Positions 24,612 through 36,003 are shown, counted from the whole stretch's first letter. The stretch is 63,623 nucleotides of DNA, filler included, from Octopus bimaculoides (GCF_001194135.2; 10 parts of 9 records of this genome joined end to end with filler, not necessarily neighbours in it); one strand, 5' to 3'. The notes: generated from the sequence alone by a model not told the origin. Translations and numbers: made by a program.

Positions 24612-25123
24612 CCGTATTTTCGGTCTATAAAGTTCATCGGTATTTAAGCTGCAGGGGCAAATTTTGGGGAAAGTTTTGGCTTTATCCACACATAAAGCAG
24701 TGTTTAAAAAACCTATAGAGCTACGGCTCCGCAGCTAACTTTTTTTGTTGTTGATGTGTATGTAGTTTCAAAATGCCTTATTTTACAACTGTGAGATGTA
24801 TTGTTATTGTTATGATTTTATCTTACTATAATCAACAACAAACACATTTTGTCAATACAAAAGTCTTTATTAGATTAAAAATAACATTATCAAAATATGA
24901 AGATAAAACAAAACAAGTATGCTTTATTTTCTTCCGGGCAGTAGTCTTTCATATTGTTCACCGACCGACCTTTCCTCTGAAAAAATCAGTGGAATCATCC
25001 GATCTCCATACACAAATTATTTTCCTCCTGAAAGATACACACATTAGGCGCACCTTTCTATAAGCTGTACACTAAATTTCCTAGGTAAAACAAAAATAGC
25101 GGCTTATATACCGGAAAATACAG
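24612..25123. mobile_element. Tc2/pogo-type non-autonomous element (MITE) with TA target duplication
   Basis: Left TIR TA|ccgtattttcggtctataa; right TIR reverse complement TA|ctgtattttccggtatataa. Confidence 0.8.
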
Positions 25124-25363
25124 TATATGTAAAATATTACGTAATATTATAAAATTTTAAAAAATACAAAAATAAAATGTAAAAATCTGATTATGTTGGA
25201 ATTTCGTTGACTAATATATTTATCAATACAGTATAACAATGGCCAAACACTCGGTGGTGCTTGTTAAATTCCGGCGGAGATATGAATAAATTAGCTATTA
25301 GCGACAGTAGCTGTGTTCGTCACGATAATAATTAGTATTTTCAATTTAAAATGGCTGTGTTGT

Positions 25364-25599
25364 TTAGATCACCTTACCCTGATGTTAACGTTACTGTTCG
25401 ATTGATTTTCGTTCTGGCATTCGGTGCGAGGCAGGGTGCCGCTGATAATCTGCAGAACGGTGAAATCACGTGATACAGTAGTGCCATCCACTTGTGCATA
25501 TGATCATTTCGTCGACTGCTTTAGTTGGTGCTTCATTAGCGCGTGTCGTCAACATGAAATAGCACGTATCGACGTTAGCATCAGGTTAAGGCGATCTAA
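25364..25599. mobile_element. Fold-back/MITE-like element with 28-bp inverted arms
   Basis: ttagatcaccttaccctgatgttaacgt (25364-91) vs the reverse complement of 25572-99, 25/28. Confidence 0.65.
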
Positions 25600-26261
25600 G
25601 TAAACTATCCAATTCAAGTTGGATGTGCTAATTATTATTACAAATGCTACTATTGTAAGACAATATTTACACTTTTAACTAAGCAGCTACCGGTTGCCAT
25701 CGGTTTCAGAAGACAGCTTTCCGTGGAGATGTGCAATATAAAAATAACGTGTGCACACACATATCGTACTTATTTTAACACAACACAGCATGCGGTTGTC
25801 ATGGTAACAAGATTCTAATACCACGCTGTCTGTTGATTGGCTAAAATTACCCAGATTTCCCAGCTTTAATTCCAAATAACATCAGATTCTTTAATTTACG
25901 AGATAAAGTAATTGGTTGATCGTAATCAAAATTCAGAGTTGCATCGATACACCAAAATTGAAAGCAATCTGAGCAAAATTAAAGAGGGGCTCATTTTGCG
26001 AATGAGACTGAGTAGATCCCAAATTTGATTCGGAAAGGGGCGAGTTAGCGTCCGTTATATTTATTCTATGTTTCATCGAAACTGGAAGTTTAAAATTGAT
26101 GTCAGCTTTGGTGTGTTTCGAACGCGGAATGTAAAACTGTGTGAACTAGTTTTTCAAAGCCGTGAGTATTAGCAATTCTTGCATCCAGTTCGATATTTTA
26201 TAGAAATGTCAGTGCTATTAAGTATTCCATCATAGCCTTTTTACTTTTTGCTCTCTTTACT

Positions 26262-26323
<62 letters not shown>

Positions 26324-26531
26324 TAATTGCTGGTTGGCCATCACCTCTGAAGATATTTCTACAGGCCAAAATCTTTATGTAGTCCCAATCTTAAATAACA
26401 TTCAGATGTGTGCTGCCCTCTGATTTCATCACTCTAATCAGAAGTGCTGTGAAACACTGGGCTTAGAGAGAAAAGAAAGAAAGCATTAAAAGAGTAAAAT
26501 AATACACGATAAAGGGAGATACAGAAAAGAG

Positions 26532-26585
<54 letters not shown>

Positions 26586-27273
26586 GATGGAGAGAGAGAG
26601 TGAGGGAGAGGGAAAGAGAGAGAATGAGAGAGAGAGAAGAGAAAAGGAATGGAGAAAGAGAGAGAGTTGTGAGGTATATATGCTACAAAGAGAGTGGAAA
26701 TAATATTGAAAAATGAGAAGTAAAAAAGGGACAGAAAATACAAATTAAGAAATGAAGAAAATAAGAAGACAAGGAGGGAAGGAAGGAAGGAAAAAGTAAG
26801 GAGAAAGATGGAAAGAAAAGAAACAAAATATATTGCTCCGGAAGTGATGTGAACGTGTCATTTTCGTTGACTTTTGTTTGTAGTAAATACTTCGCCCTTA
26901 CCCTTCCAACACAAACCTGCCAACCAAACTGTTAAAAGAAAAAGAAAAAAAACTCCCCACCCCACTCCACCATTAAAAAAGCAAAACAAAAACAAACAAA
27001 ACTGGAACCGTGTAGAGTTTCCTCCGAACTGCCGAAGATATACACCTGGTGGTGAACGCCTATGTGTAATGAATTTTAACATGAAATGGACTGTTGTATT
27101 CACCAGTAATCAAATATAACCTGTAATCGGAACTGGAATCCAGGTCTAATGCCAAGACATATCGAGATATTCGAAGCACTTCCTGATCCAGAAGGTTCCG
27201 CTAGTTATTTTCAACAGCGAGGTGGACTAACGCAGTGTAAGATTGTGTCTCTAGTATCTTTTATCTTTTAACG

Positions 27274-27621
27274 TTTACTTGTTTCAGTCATTGGACTGCG
27301 GCCATGCTGGGGTACCGACTTGAAGAATCTTTAGTCGAACGAATCGACCCCACTGCTTATTTTTACTTTTAAGTTTGATACTTACTCTATCAGCCCTTTT
27401 TGCCGAACCGCTGATTCAAAACATACCAATACCGGTTGTCAGGCGGTGTTGGACACGCACGCACAAACACACACACACACACACACACACACGATGGGCT
27501 TCTTTCAGTTTCTGTTTACCAAATCCAGTCACAAAGCTTTGACCAGCCACGCAGTGGGACTGAACCCAGAACCATGTATTTGGAAAGCAAACATCTTACC
27601 ACACAGCCACGCCCCAGCGCC
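27274..27621 (-). mobile_element. SINE family C, head to tail, lacking the CORE-like segment
   Basis: Head ggcgctggggcgtggctgtgtggtaag...gggttcagtccc, (TG)n middle, family C tail; 35-nt internal deletion at about 27546. Confidence 0.92.
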
Positions 27622-28655
27622 TATGAAAAAAACAACAGTATATATATAAAAGAAAACAAACACCCAAAACAGAAGCTTGCAACAGATTTGAACTTCTACC
27701 ACCAAGATGTTATGTCGCCTGTAAGAGAGAGATGAGCTCTGTAATTTCATGAGTAATTTTGGAAGTATACAATGTCAAGTCGAAAGTGAAATCTTTCACG
27801 TGATAGAATTTTCTTTCTGACAGTTGCATAATTTTCGTTGCAAAAGGAAATGTTTTACTCTACTGAAAAGCATTGAGTGATCCTTCAATTTAATGCTTCA
27901 GTCCCCATTACATGGAATTTTGAATAAACGTCTTCTACTATAACCCTGGACCGAGCAAGGTTTTGTGGGAAGATTTGGTAAGTGGAAATTGAAAGTACAT
28001 ATACATACGTGCATACATACATACATACATACATACATACACATACATATACATGACCTTGATGACTGCTATAAAGCAGGAAAGTATACTAGTTGTTATA
28101 TATTTAATACTCAATATTTCATTTATTCAATAAGACATCCAATACTTCATTTCATTTTACTATTTATATTATATATTCCATATTCTATATCCCACATTAA
28201 TTTTATAAAACATAAAAAACAGACAGAGTTGGAACTCTTTTAAATAATATATTCCTCCATACACTATCAAACAAAACCCTATACAAACCCCTANNNNNNN
28301 NNNNNNNNNNNNNNNNNNNNNNNNNNNNNNNNNNNNNNNNNNNNNNNNNNNNNNNNNNNNNNNNNNNNNNNNNNNNNNNNNNNNNNNNNNNNNNNNNNNN
28401 NNNNNNNNNNNNNNNNNNNNNNNNNNNNNNNNNNNNNNNNNNNNNNNNNNNNNNNNNNNNNNNNNNNNNNNNNNNNNNNNNNNNNNNNNNNNNNNNNNNN
28501 NNNNNNNNNNNNNNNNNNNNNNNNNNNNNNNNNNNNNNNNNNNNNNNNNNNNNNNNNNNNNNNNNNNNNNNNNNNNNNNNNNNNNNNNNNNNNNNNNNNN
28601 NNNNNNNNNNNNNNNNNNNNNNNNNNNNNNNNNNNNNNNNNNNNNNNNNNNNNNN

Positions 28656-28732
<77 letters not shown>

Positions 28733-28749
28733 ATGTGTCAGGATTAGCG

Positions 28750-28788
<39 letters not shown>

Positions 28789-28849
28789 ACATGCACACAC
28801 AAATAGATAGTTATATAGATAGATATGTATGTGTGTTCTTGTGTATGTT

Positions 28850-29045
28850 TCTCCAACACTGCTTGTTGGTTTGTTTACATCCTCGTAACTTAGCGGCTCA
28901 ACAAAAGAGACCGATAGCATAGATATCAGACTTAAAAAGGCAAAATAAGTACTATGAGGAGTGGTGGTAGATTTGTTCAACTAAATCTTTCATGGACGTG
29001 CTCTAGCATGGCCATGGTTCACAGATGGAAACAAATAATAGAATA
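28850..29045 (+). mobile_element. SINE family C, 3' half (degraded)
   Basis: gtttacatcctcgtaacttagcggctcaacaaaagagaccgatag...ctagcatggcc. Confidence 0.8.
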
Positions 29046-29158
29046 TATCAGATACTCTTCGTTCTATATCAAAGTTAAAGCAATTCTGTATTTCTAAGAT
29101 GACAAATGTTATACAACACCAGATTCAAAAGTTACTTATGGAATGGAAAAAGCAATTA

Positions 29159-29243
<85 letters not shown>

Positions 29244-29403
29244 NNNNNNNNNNNNNNNNNNNNNNNNNNNNNNNNNNNNNNNNNNNNTTAATTAATTAAN
29301 NNNNNNNNNNNNNNNNNNNNNNNNNNNNNNNNNNNNNNNNNNNTGTGTGTGTGTGTGTGTATGTGTGTGTGTGTATGTATATATATATATATAAATGGAA
29401 ACG

Positions 29404-29610
29404 AACGCTCAAGATGTTATCAAATCATTTATATCTTCATATCATCGACATATGTTTCGGTGGATGCATTCAAAATACAACCCCACAGGACGAATAATGT
29501 TGAACAATGCATCAATCGCATGAGGGAGGATATAAACAACAGTGCTCATCAAATAGACATTTTAACAGGTGATATAAAGATATAAATGATTTGATAACAT
29601 CTTGAGCGTT
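29404..29610. repeat. Fold-back with 41-bp inverted arms enclosing a degenerate hammerhead-like motif
   Basis: 29404-29444 pairs with 29570-29610 with one mismatch. Confidence 0.85.
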
Positions 29611-29761
29611 TGTCTTCATTTTCAATTTTTCCTATGTTCTCCTAAATACGTCTCGCTTCTCCTTGGAATTAACTCCCACACAAGTGTGATCATTGATTCC
29701 CGGTACACTTAAGTAACATATTGCTACCCCTGGATCTTTCCTATAAATTGAACACACCCAC

Positions 29762-29804
<43 letters not shown>

Positions 29805-30839
29805 CACACACACATATATATGTTCTTTACTTCTTTTTTACCTGTTTTTTTCTGTTTTTTAAAATTGACTANNNNNNNNNNNNNNNNNNNNNNNNNNNNN
29901 NNNNNNNNNNNNNNNNNNNNNNNNNNNNNNNNNNNNNNNNNNNNNNNNNNNNNNNNNNNNNNNNNNNNNNNNNNNNNNNNNNNNNNNNNNNNNNNNNNNN
30001 NNNNNNNNNNNNNNNNNNNNNNNNNNNNNNNNNNNNNNNNNNNNNNNNNNNNNNNNNNNNNNNNNNNNNNNNNNNNNNNNNNNNNNNNNNNNNNNNNNNN
30101 NNNNNNNNNNNNNNNNNNNNNNNNNNNNNNNNNNNNNNNNNNNNNNNNNNNNNNNNNNNNNNNNNNNNNNNNNNNNNNNNNNNNNNNNNNNNNNNNNNNN
30201 NNNNNNNNNNNNNNNNNNNNNNNNNNNNNNNNNNNNNNNNNNNNNNNNNNNNNNNNNNNNNNNNNNNNNNNNNNNNNNNNNNNNNNNNNNNNNNNNNNNN
30301 NNNNNNNNNNNNNNNNNNNNNNNNNNNNNNNNNNNNNNNNNNNNNNNNNNNNNNNNNNNNNNNNNNNNNNNNNNNNNNNNNNNNNNNNNNNNNNNNNNNN
30401 NNNNNNNNNNNNNNNNNNNNNNNNNNNNNNNNNNNNNNNNNNNNNNNNNNNNNNNNNNNNNNNNNNNNNNNNNNNNNNNNNNNNNNNNNNNNNNNNNNNN
30501 NNNNNNNNNNNNNNNNNNNNNNNNNNNNNNNNNNNNNNNNNNNNNNNNNNNNNNNNNNNNNNNNNNNNNNNNNNNNNNNNNNNNNNNNNNNNNNNNNNNN
30601 NNNNNNNNNNNNNNNNNNNNNNNNNNNNNNNNNNNNNNNNNNNNNNNNNNNNNNNNNNNNNNNNNNNNNNNNNNNNNNNNNNNNNNNNNNNNNNNNNNNN
30701 NNNNNNNNNNNNNNNNNNNNNNNNNNNNNNNNNNNNNNNNNNNNNNNNNNNNNNNNNNNNNNNNNNNNNNNNNNNNNNNNNNNNNNNNNNNNNNNNNNNN
30801 NNNNNNNNNNNNNNNNNNNNNNNNNNNNNNNNNNNNNNN

Positions 30840-31388
30840 CAAAACAAATTCGCTAATCATAAAACAAAGTGAAAAATTAAAAAAGCATAATAACTAATCA
30901 AACACTTATCTTAAGCAAAAGCACCACATAACGTAAAGAAACTATTAACAAAGGCAAAATTCAACATGAACAAACGGAATAACACATTCACAGTATCCAT
31001 GTATAATGATAACAGATGTGGAACGTGTCAATACATGCATACGGGTAGAGCCATTAGAACAAAAAATGGACAGATTTTCGCAAATGCAGATATGAACTGC
31101 AAAAGCAGAAATTTGATCTACTGCATTAAATGTTCAAATTGCGAGGAACTATATATAGGCAGAGAATGCATTATCGGAACGCTCACAAGTCAACAGACAA
31201 CAAATATTCACCAAACACCATTGAGCGAACATATAGAGATATGTAGAAAGAAAATGTTTCTAATCTTTCCTTTTCACAAACTATATGACATAAGTGAGGT
31301 TGGGAGAACGAGAAAAGAAAAACGGTTTATTAAATTGTTCAAACTTATTCTGAACATAAATAACAGCAATAATATAACAACCAGTTAA
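30840..31388 (+). mobile_element. Penelope-like element remnant: GIY-YIG endonuclease domain
   Basis: ORF 30966-31388 reads CGTCQY...NCKSRNLIYCIKCSNCEELYIG...LSEHIEIC...RKEKRFIKLF, i.e. the GIY-YIG motif with the Zn-binding Cys/His residues typical of PLE endonucleases; upstream APHNVKKLLTKAKF. Confidence 0.85.
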
Positions 31389-31511
31389 TGATGTGGATTA
31401 ATAAAGTTTCAGAATATCGGTACGAATATCGGATTGATCAAAAAGGTATTCTAAGAATTCAGCTGGTTCGAGCGTTCTAAGAGATACGAAAGTTGTCAGT
31501 TAAACACATTT

Positions 31512-31551
31512 GAAATCTGATGAGTACACCATGTATAAAAGCGCTAATTTT
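31512..31551 (+). ncRNA. Decayed minimal type I hammerhead ribozyme in the PLE 3' pseudo-LTR
   Basis: gaaat, CTGATGA, gtac-accat-gtat, AAAA, GCGC, T, A, atttt. Stem I pairs and stem III is the palindrome AGCGCT. The only defects are C11.1>T and G12>A. Confidence 0.7.
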
Positions 31552-31949
31552 GTTAAAATATCATAATAAAAAATGTAAAAGTCAGGAGAATAAGACAAGA
31601 TAGAAAATACTAAAATAATTTTATCATGAATACATTTTGTAATGGTTAGCACCGGTTTCAGTCTTTTCGACTTTTTGAACAAAGAGTAAAAGAAAGGTGG
31701 ATATTAATTAAGAAGAAAAACAATTACATTCAAGAAAAATTAAATTAAATGTTTTGTAAACATTTCCATAGTCTTCAAATAGGTAGGACTTTTTCCTTTG
31801 TTCTGTTTCTGTCTCTCTTCTCCTTTGTGAAGGTTCGGAAGGTAGTAGCAGATCTGAAAAAATAGTGTTTATGCGTGCAGAGAAATATTTGGTTCTAAAG
31901 TTTGATGGTTTAAGCAGCAGCAGCCAAGGAAGGAGAAGGCGAAGAAGAA

Positions 31950-32098
31950 GGTATTTCGCCTGTCACTATGTTCTGAGTGTCGGTTTTGCCTTTCATCCTT
32001 TCGGGGACGATAAATTAAGTACTAGTTGAGTACTGGAGTCGATGTAATCGACTAGTCCCCTCCCCACAAATTCAGGCCTTGTGCCTATAGTAAAAAGG

Positions 32099-32160
<62 letters not shown>
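31950..32160 (+). mobile_element. SINE family B (5'-degraded) with an (ATT)n tail
   Basis: ttgcctttcatcctttcgggga cgataaattaagtac...ggccttgtgcc followed by an (att)n array. Confidence 0.85.
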
Positions 32161-32163
<3 letters not shown>

Positions 32164-32704
32164 CATTATTATTATCAATAATATTATTATCAATAATATT
32201 AATATGCCATCTTGTTCTTTTTGTACGTACCTGTGGTATATGTCACATACCACATGAAGAAGTGAGTGGCAAAGCGAGAAAGAGGAAGACAGAGAGGAAG
32301 TAATAGAGAAAGAAAGAATGAGGGAGAAAGAGAGAGAGAGTGAGAGTGAAAGAGACAGTGAGTGGTGACAGCATTCGTTTTGTGTTTTTAAATGTTTATC
32401 ACACCGCAAGAAAAGTTGATACATAGATCGAAAGAAAAGTTGATACATAGATATGTACACATATTGTTATATCAAAGACAAATAACTACAGCAAATATTG
32501 GATGTCGCTTTCACTTTTCATTACCACACGAGGATAAAATTAACTCGCAAGTGGTATAGGGGCAGGAAAATCATTTTAGTCGTTAGGGTCACTATGGGTA
32601 TTAATCCGGTCCTAACAGCGGCATTTGTGGATCTCACAGATCTGGAGGCCAAGCCCCCAGATAGACATCGATGCGTAGACTGTTGTTATCAAACTGAGCA
32701 TCAG

Positions 32705-32742
<38 letters not shown>

Positions 32743-32743
<1 letters not shown>

Positions 32744-33195
32744 AAAGCGAGATGGCAGAATGCTTCATGACATTTGGTCCGTCTCATCGTCCTGTGTTCA
32801 AATTCCGCCGAGGTCGTCTTTGCCTTTCATCCTTTCGGGGTCGATAAAATAAGTACCAGCAGGACACTCCCCCGAAATTACTGGCCTTGAGCCAAAATTT
32901 GAAGCCATTATTATTATCATTACTGGGTAACGGAGCAAAAGGCGAAAGATTTATCTGCTTGGTGGGAAGAGCGCTCAGCGAACTAGCAGGACGGTTTGAG
33001 CGTCGGTCAAACAAGATCCTTTATAGTATTTCCTGCTACTAATTACGTTCTCAGTTCAAATTCTGCTGGAGTCAACTTTCTTTTCATCCTTCTTGTTAAA
33101 ATAAAGCACGAATCAAACACTGGTGGGTGGGTCGAAGGTATCGACTGGCTCCGTTTCCTAGAAACTGCTAGCCTTTTGCTAAAATTTGAATGAGT
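32743..33195 (+). mobile_element. Two tandem SINE family B copies (32743-32915; degraded 32975-33195)
   Basis: aaattccgccgaggtcgtctttgcctttcatcctttcggggtcgataaaataagtaccag in the first; degenerate equivalent in the second. Confidence 0.75.
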
Positions 33196-33637
33196 TATTG
33201 GTCATCGGAGTAGCGAGATGCGTTTTATTCTTCACTTTTTCGAGCTTCCGAATGAGCTTAGATTTAACAAAGGTGAGCGAAAGACATTTTTTTTTCTTAA
33301 AAAAGAGGAAAAAAGAAAAATGTATGATTTTTAAACAAAGAATTCTTTGAGTCAGGAGAGTTTGTTTCTTATCGGAAAAAAAACCTAAGTTTTTTTTTGC
33401 ACTGTATTTTTCTCTTATGAGATGCGTGAAAATGGAGCCTATAATAACAAGAAATGGGAACACTCTAACAAAAACGGAAAGAACTTTCAATAAGTGAATG
33501 TTTGTAGCATAAAAAATGGCAAAAAGCAAACTATTTTATTGTCACAAGATATTCACAAAAATAAAGATATTGACTTAATGAAACAAAAGTGCGACTTTAT
33601 TGACAGTAACCAGAACACACACACTCACACACACACG

Positions 33638-33680
<43 letters not shown>

Positions 33681-33835
33681 NNNNNNNNNNNNNNNNNNNN
33701 NNNNNNNNNNNNNNNNNNNNNNNNTTAATTAATTAANNNNNNNNNNNNNNNNNNNNNNNNNNNNNNNNNNNNNNNNNNNNTCATGTAGGTGTTATGCCTA
33801 GGGTGCCATATATTTCGATTTGTACAGTGTTGTTC

Positions 33836-33911
<76 letters not shown>

Positions 33912-33919
33912 GTTGTTGT

Positions 33920-34580
33920 TGTCTTTGCACAGCTTCTAACGCTCGAGATGTACTACGGTGTCAGCTGTTCCCTACCAGTCATCTAAGGTAACACCCCTTA
34001 TTTTTCGAGCACCATCCGGAGTATTCGAGCGGTTCCAAGCAGTGCTGTTTTCTGTAAGTGCTCCACCCTTATTGCAGCGTCTGTTTGTTCCATGTACCTC
34101 TCAAGAATTTTATTCACTGTTCCCAGGGCTCCGACTATTATTGGTACTACTACCACCTTTTTCAGCGACCACAACTGCTTAACCTCCCAAGCTAACCTGT
34201 CGTTTCTACCGACTTTTTCTTCTTTATCGCAAACCTTGTTGTAAGCTTGACGTGCTATATCTATGATCTAGCATCGTTTGCTTTCTTTCTCAATTAGCAC
34301 TATGTCTGGTTTCCTATTCTCTCATCCTGATCACACTGAATCATAAAATCCCATAAGATCTTTGCATTATCATTTTCGATGATGCCTTCGGGTTTATGTT
34401 CGTATGACTTTTTTGCTCTGTGAAGTCCATACTTGTTGCAAAGTGTCCAATGGACAATCCTTGCTATGTTGTCATGACGTTTCTTATATTCTTTCTGCAC
34501 TAGTAGCGTACATTGACTGGTAATATGCTATACGGTTTTACCATTTTGTCCACAAATTCAGGACATGTGGAGATTCCAAC
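33920..34580 (-). mobile_element. R4/Dong-clade non-LTR retrotransposon, 3' portion (CCHC zinc knuckle, RLE and 3' UTR)
   Basis: *ICGQNGKTV*HITSQC..QKEYKKRHD..VHWTLC..ENDNAKILWDFMIQCD..RKPDIVLI..IIDIA..KEEK..VPIIVGALGTV..LQKTALLGTARILRMVLEK*; flanked on both sides by (TAA)n. Confidence 0.9.
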
Positions 34581-34589
34581 TGCTTCCTT

Positions 34590-34671
<82 letters not shown>

Positions 34672-34975
34672 CACCACTGATATTATTATTTTTTCATTTT
34701 TTACTATTTGTCATTGTTAATATTTCCTTTGATCCAACATGAGTTTTGGCTAATTATCATTAAAACTTTCGTGTTAGTACTAGGCTCCGGGTCTTATCTG
34801 TTAGCGTAGACAATTTGATAGAGCACCGCTTCTATAATTATAAACAAATAAATGTAGTCAAACGAGACAAAGAAACAAACAACAAACTTATATCCACCCC
34901 TATTTTTTCTGTAGAGGGGCACATATTCGCTTAATGCCGGGGTAGGCATTAACAAATATATATATGGGCTTAGTT

Positions 34976-35326
34976 CAGTAGTTTTCAGCCGGGGTCCATA
35001 TGCCTCTTTAGATCCCACATAAGACTTTTGAGGATCCACGCAAGCAAAATAGTAAATTGAGGATTTGCAGTAGTAATATAAGGATCAATGAAAAATTTTG
35101 TTTTAGATGTATTTAATTGCAAGAGACAACTTGGTTTCTGTCTCTAACGCTTAATATAGTTCAACCTATACAAGCGAATGTGTGAAAATCAAACTAGGAA
35201 TTTTGAAAGAAGCGTCTATAAAGCTAGGTTTTAAACAAGGAATGGCTTTGGGGGTCCACCTGAGTTGAAATAGGAATTAAAGGAGTCCATTGGTTATAAA
35301 GAAAAAGATATGGTTGGGAATCACTG
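34976..35326. mobile_element. hAT-type MITE (degenerate TIRs) inserted in a family C SINE
   Basis: cagtagttttcagcc ... ggttgggaatcactg; 8-bp flanks gcttagtt and gtttagtc (6/8). Confidence 0.6.
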
Positions 35327-35785
35327 GTTTAGTCGAATAAATAGATCTCAGTACATTTTTAAAGTCTTGTACTTATTCTATCAGTCTCATTTAGCCGAAT
35401 AGCTAAGTTACGGGGGCACAAACAAACTAGCGTTGATTGTCAAGAAGTGATGGTGGTGATTGAGGTAAAATACAAGCATAAAGGCACACTTTATAAATAA
35501 TAATATCAGTGATGATAATAATGATAATAATGAAAGGAAGCGGTTGGAAACTCCCCATACCCTGATCGATGATACATCTAGTGATGGTGTCACAATAAAA
35601 ACACTGGTAATTGTGAAACCTGATAATCGCTACCTCATGAGTGACAATGAAAAGCAAAATGTATACATACGACAGGCTTCTTTCAGTTTCCGTCTATCAA
35701 ATCTTCTCGCAAGGCTATGGTCGGTCAAAGGCTATTGTAGAAGTCCCTTGACTAAGGTACCGCGCAGTGGGACTGAGACGAAACC
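35327..35785 (-). mobile_element. SINE family C with an expanded, non-microsatellite middle
   Basis: Tail-side block at 35327-35455 and CORE/head-side block at 35661-35785. Confidence 0.75.
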
Positions 35786-35932
35786 AAAGCGAGCTTCCGA
35801 AATACATACCCATACATGCGCGTAAAAGAAAATGAGAAGCTAGTAATGAACTTATTTCAAATAATTAATTCCACTCTTTTCCAACCGCAAATATTAAAAC
35901 AAGTCTTCATATAAACGCAGGTAATGTGGATA

Positions 35933-36003
35933 GGCGTAGGCGCGGCTTTGGGGCAAGAGGTTTGCTGCTAAACCACATGGTTCCGGATTCAGACCCACTA
36001 CGT
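35933..36003 (+). mobile_element. SINE family C head only
   Basis: ggcgtaggcgcggctttggggcaagaggtttgctgctaaaccacatggttccggattcagacccactacgt. Confidence 0.7.
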
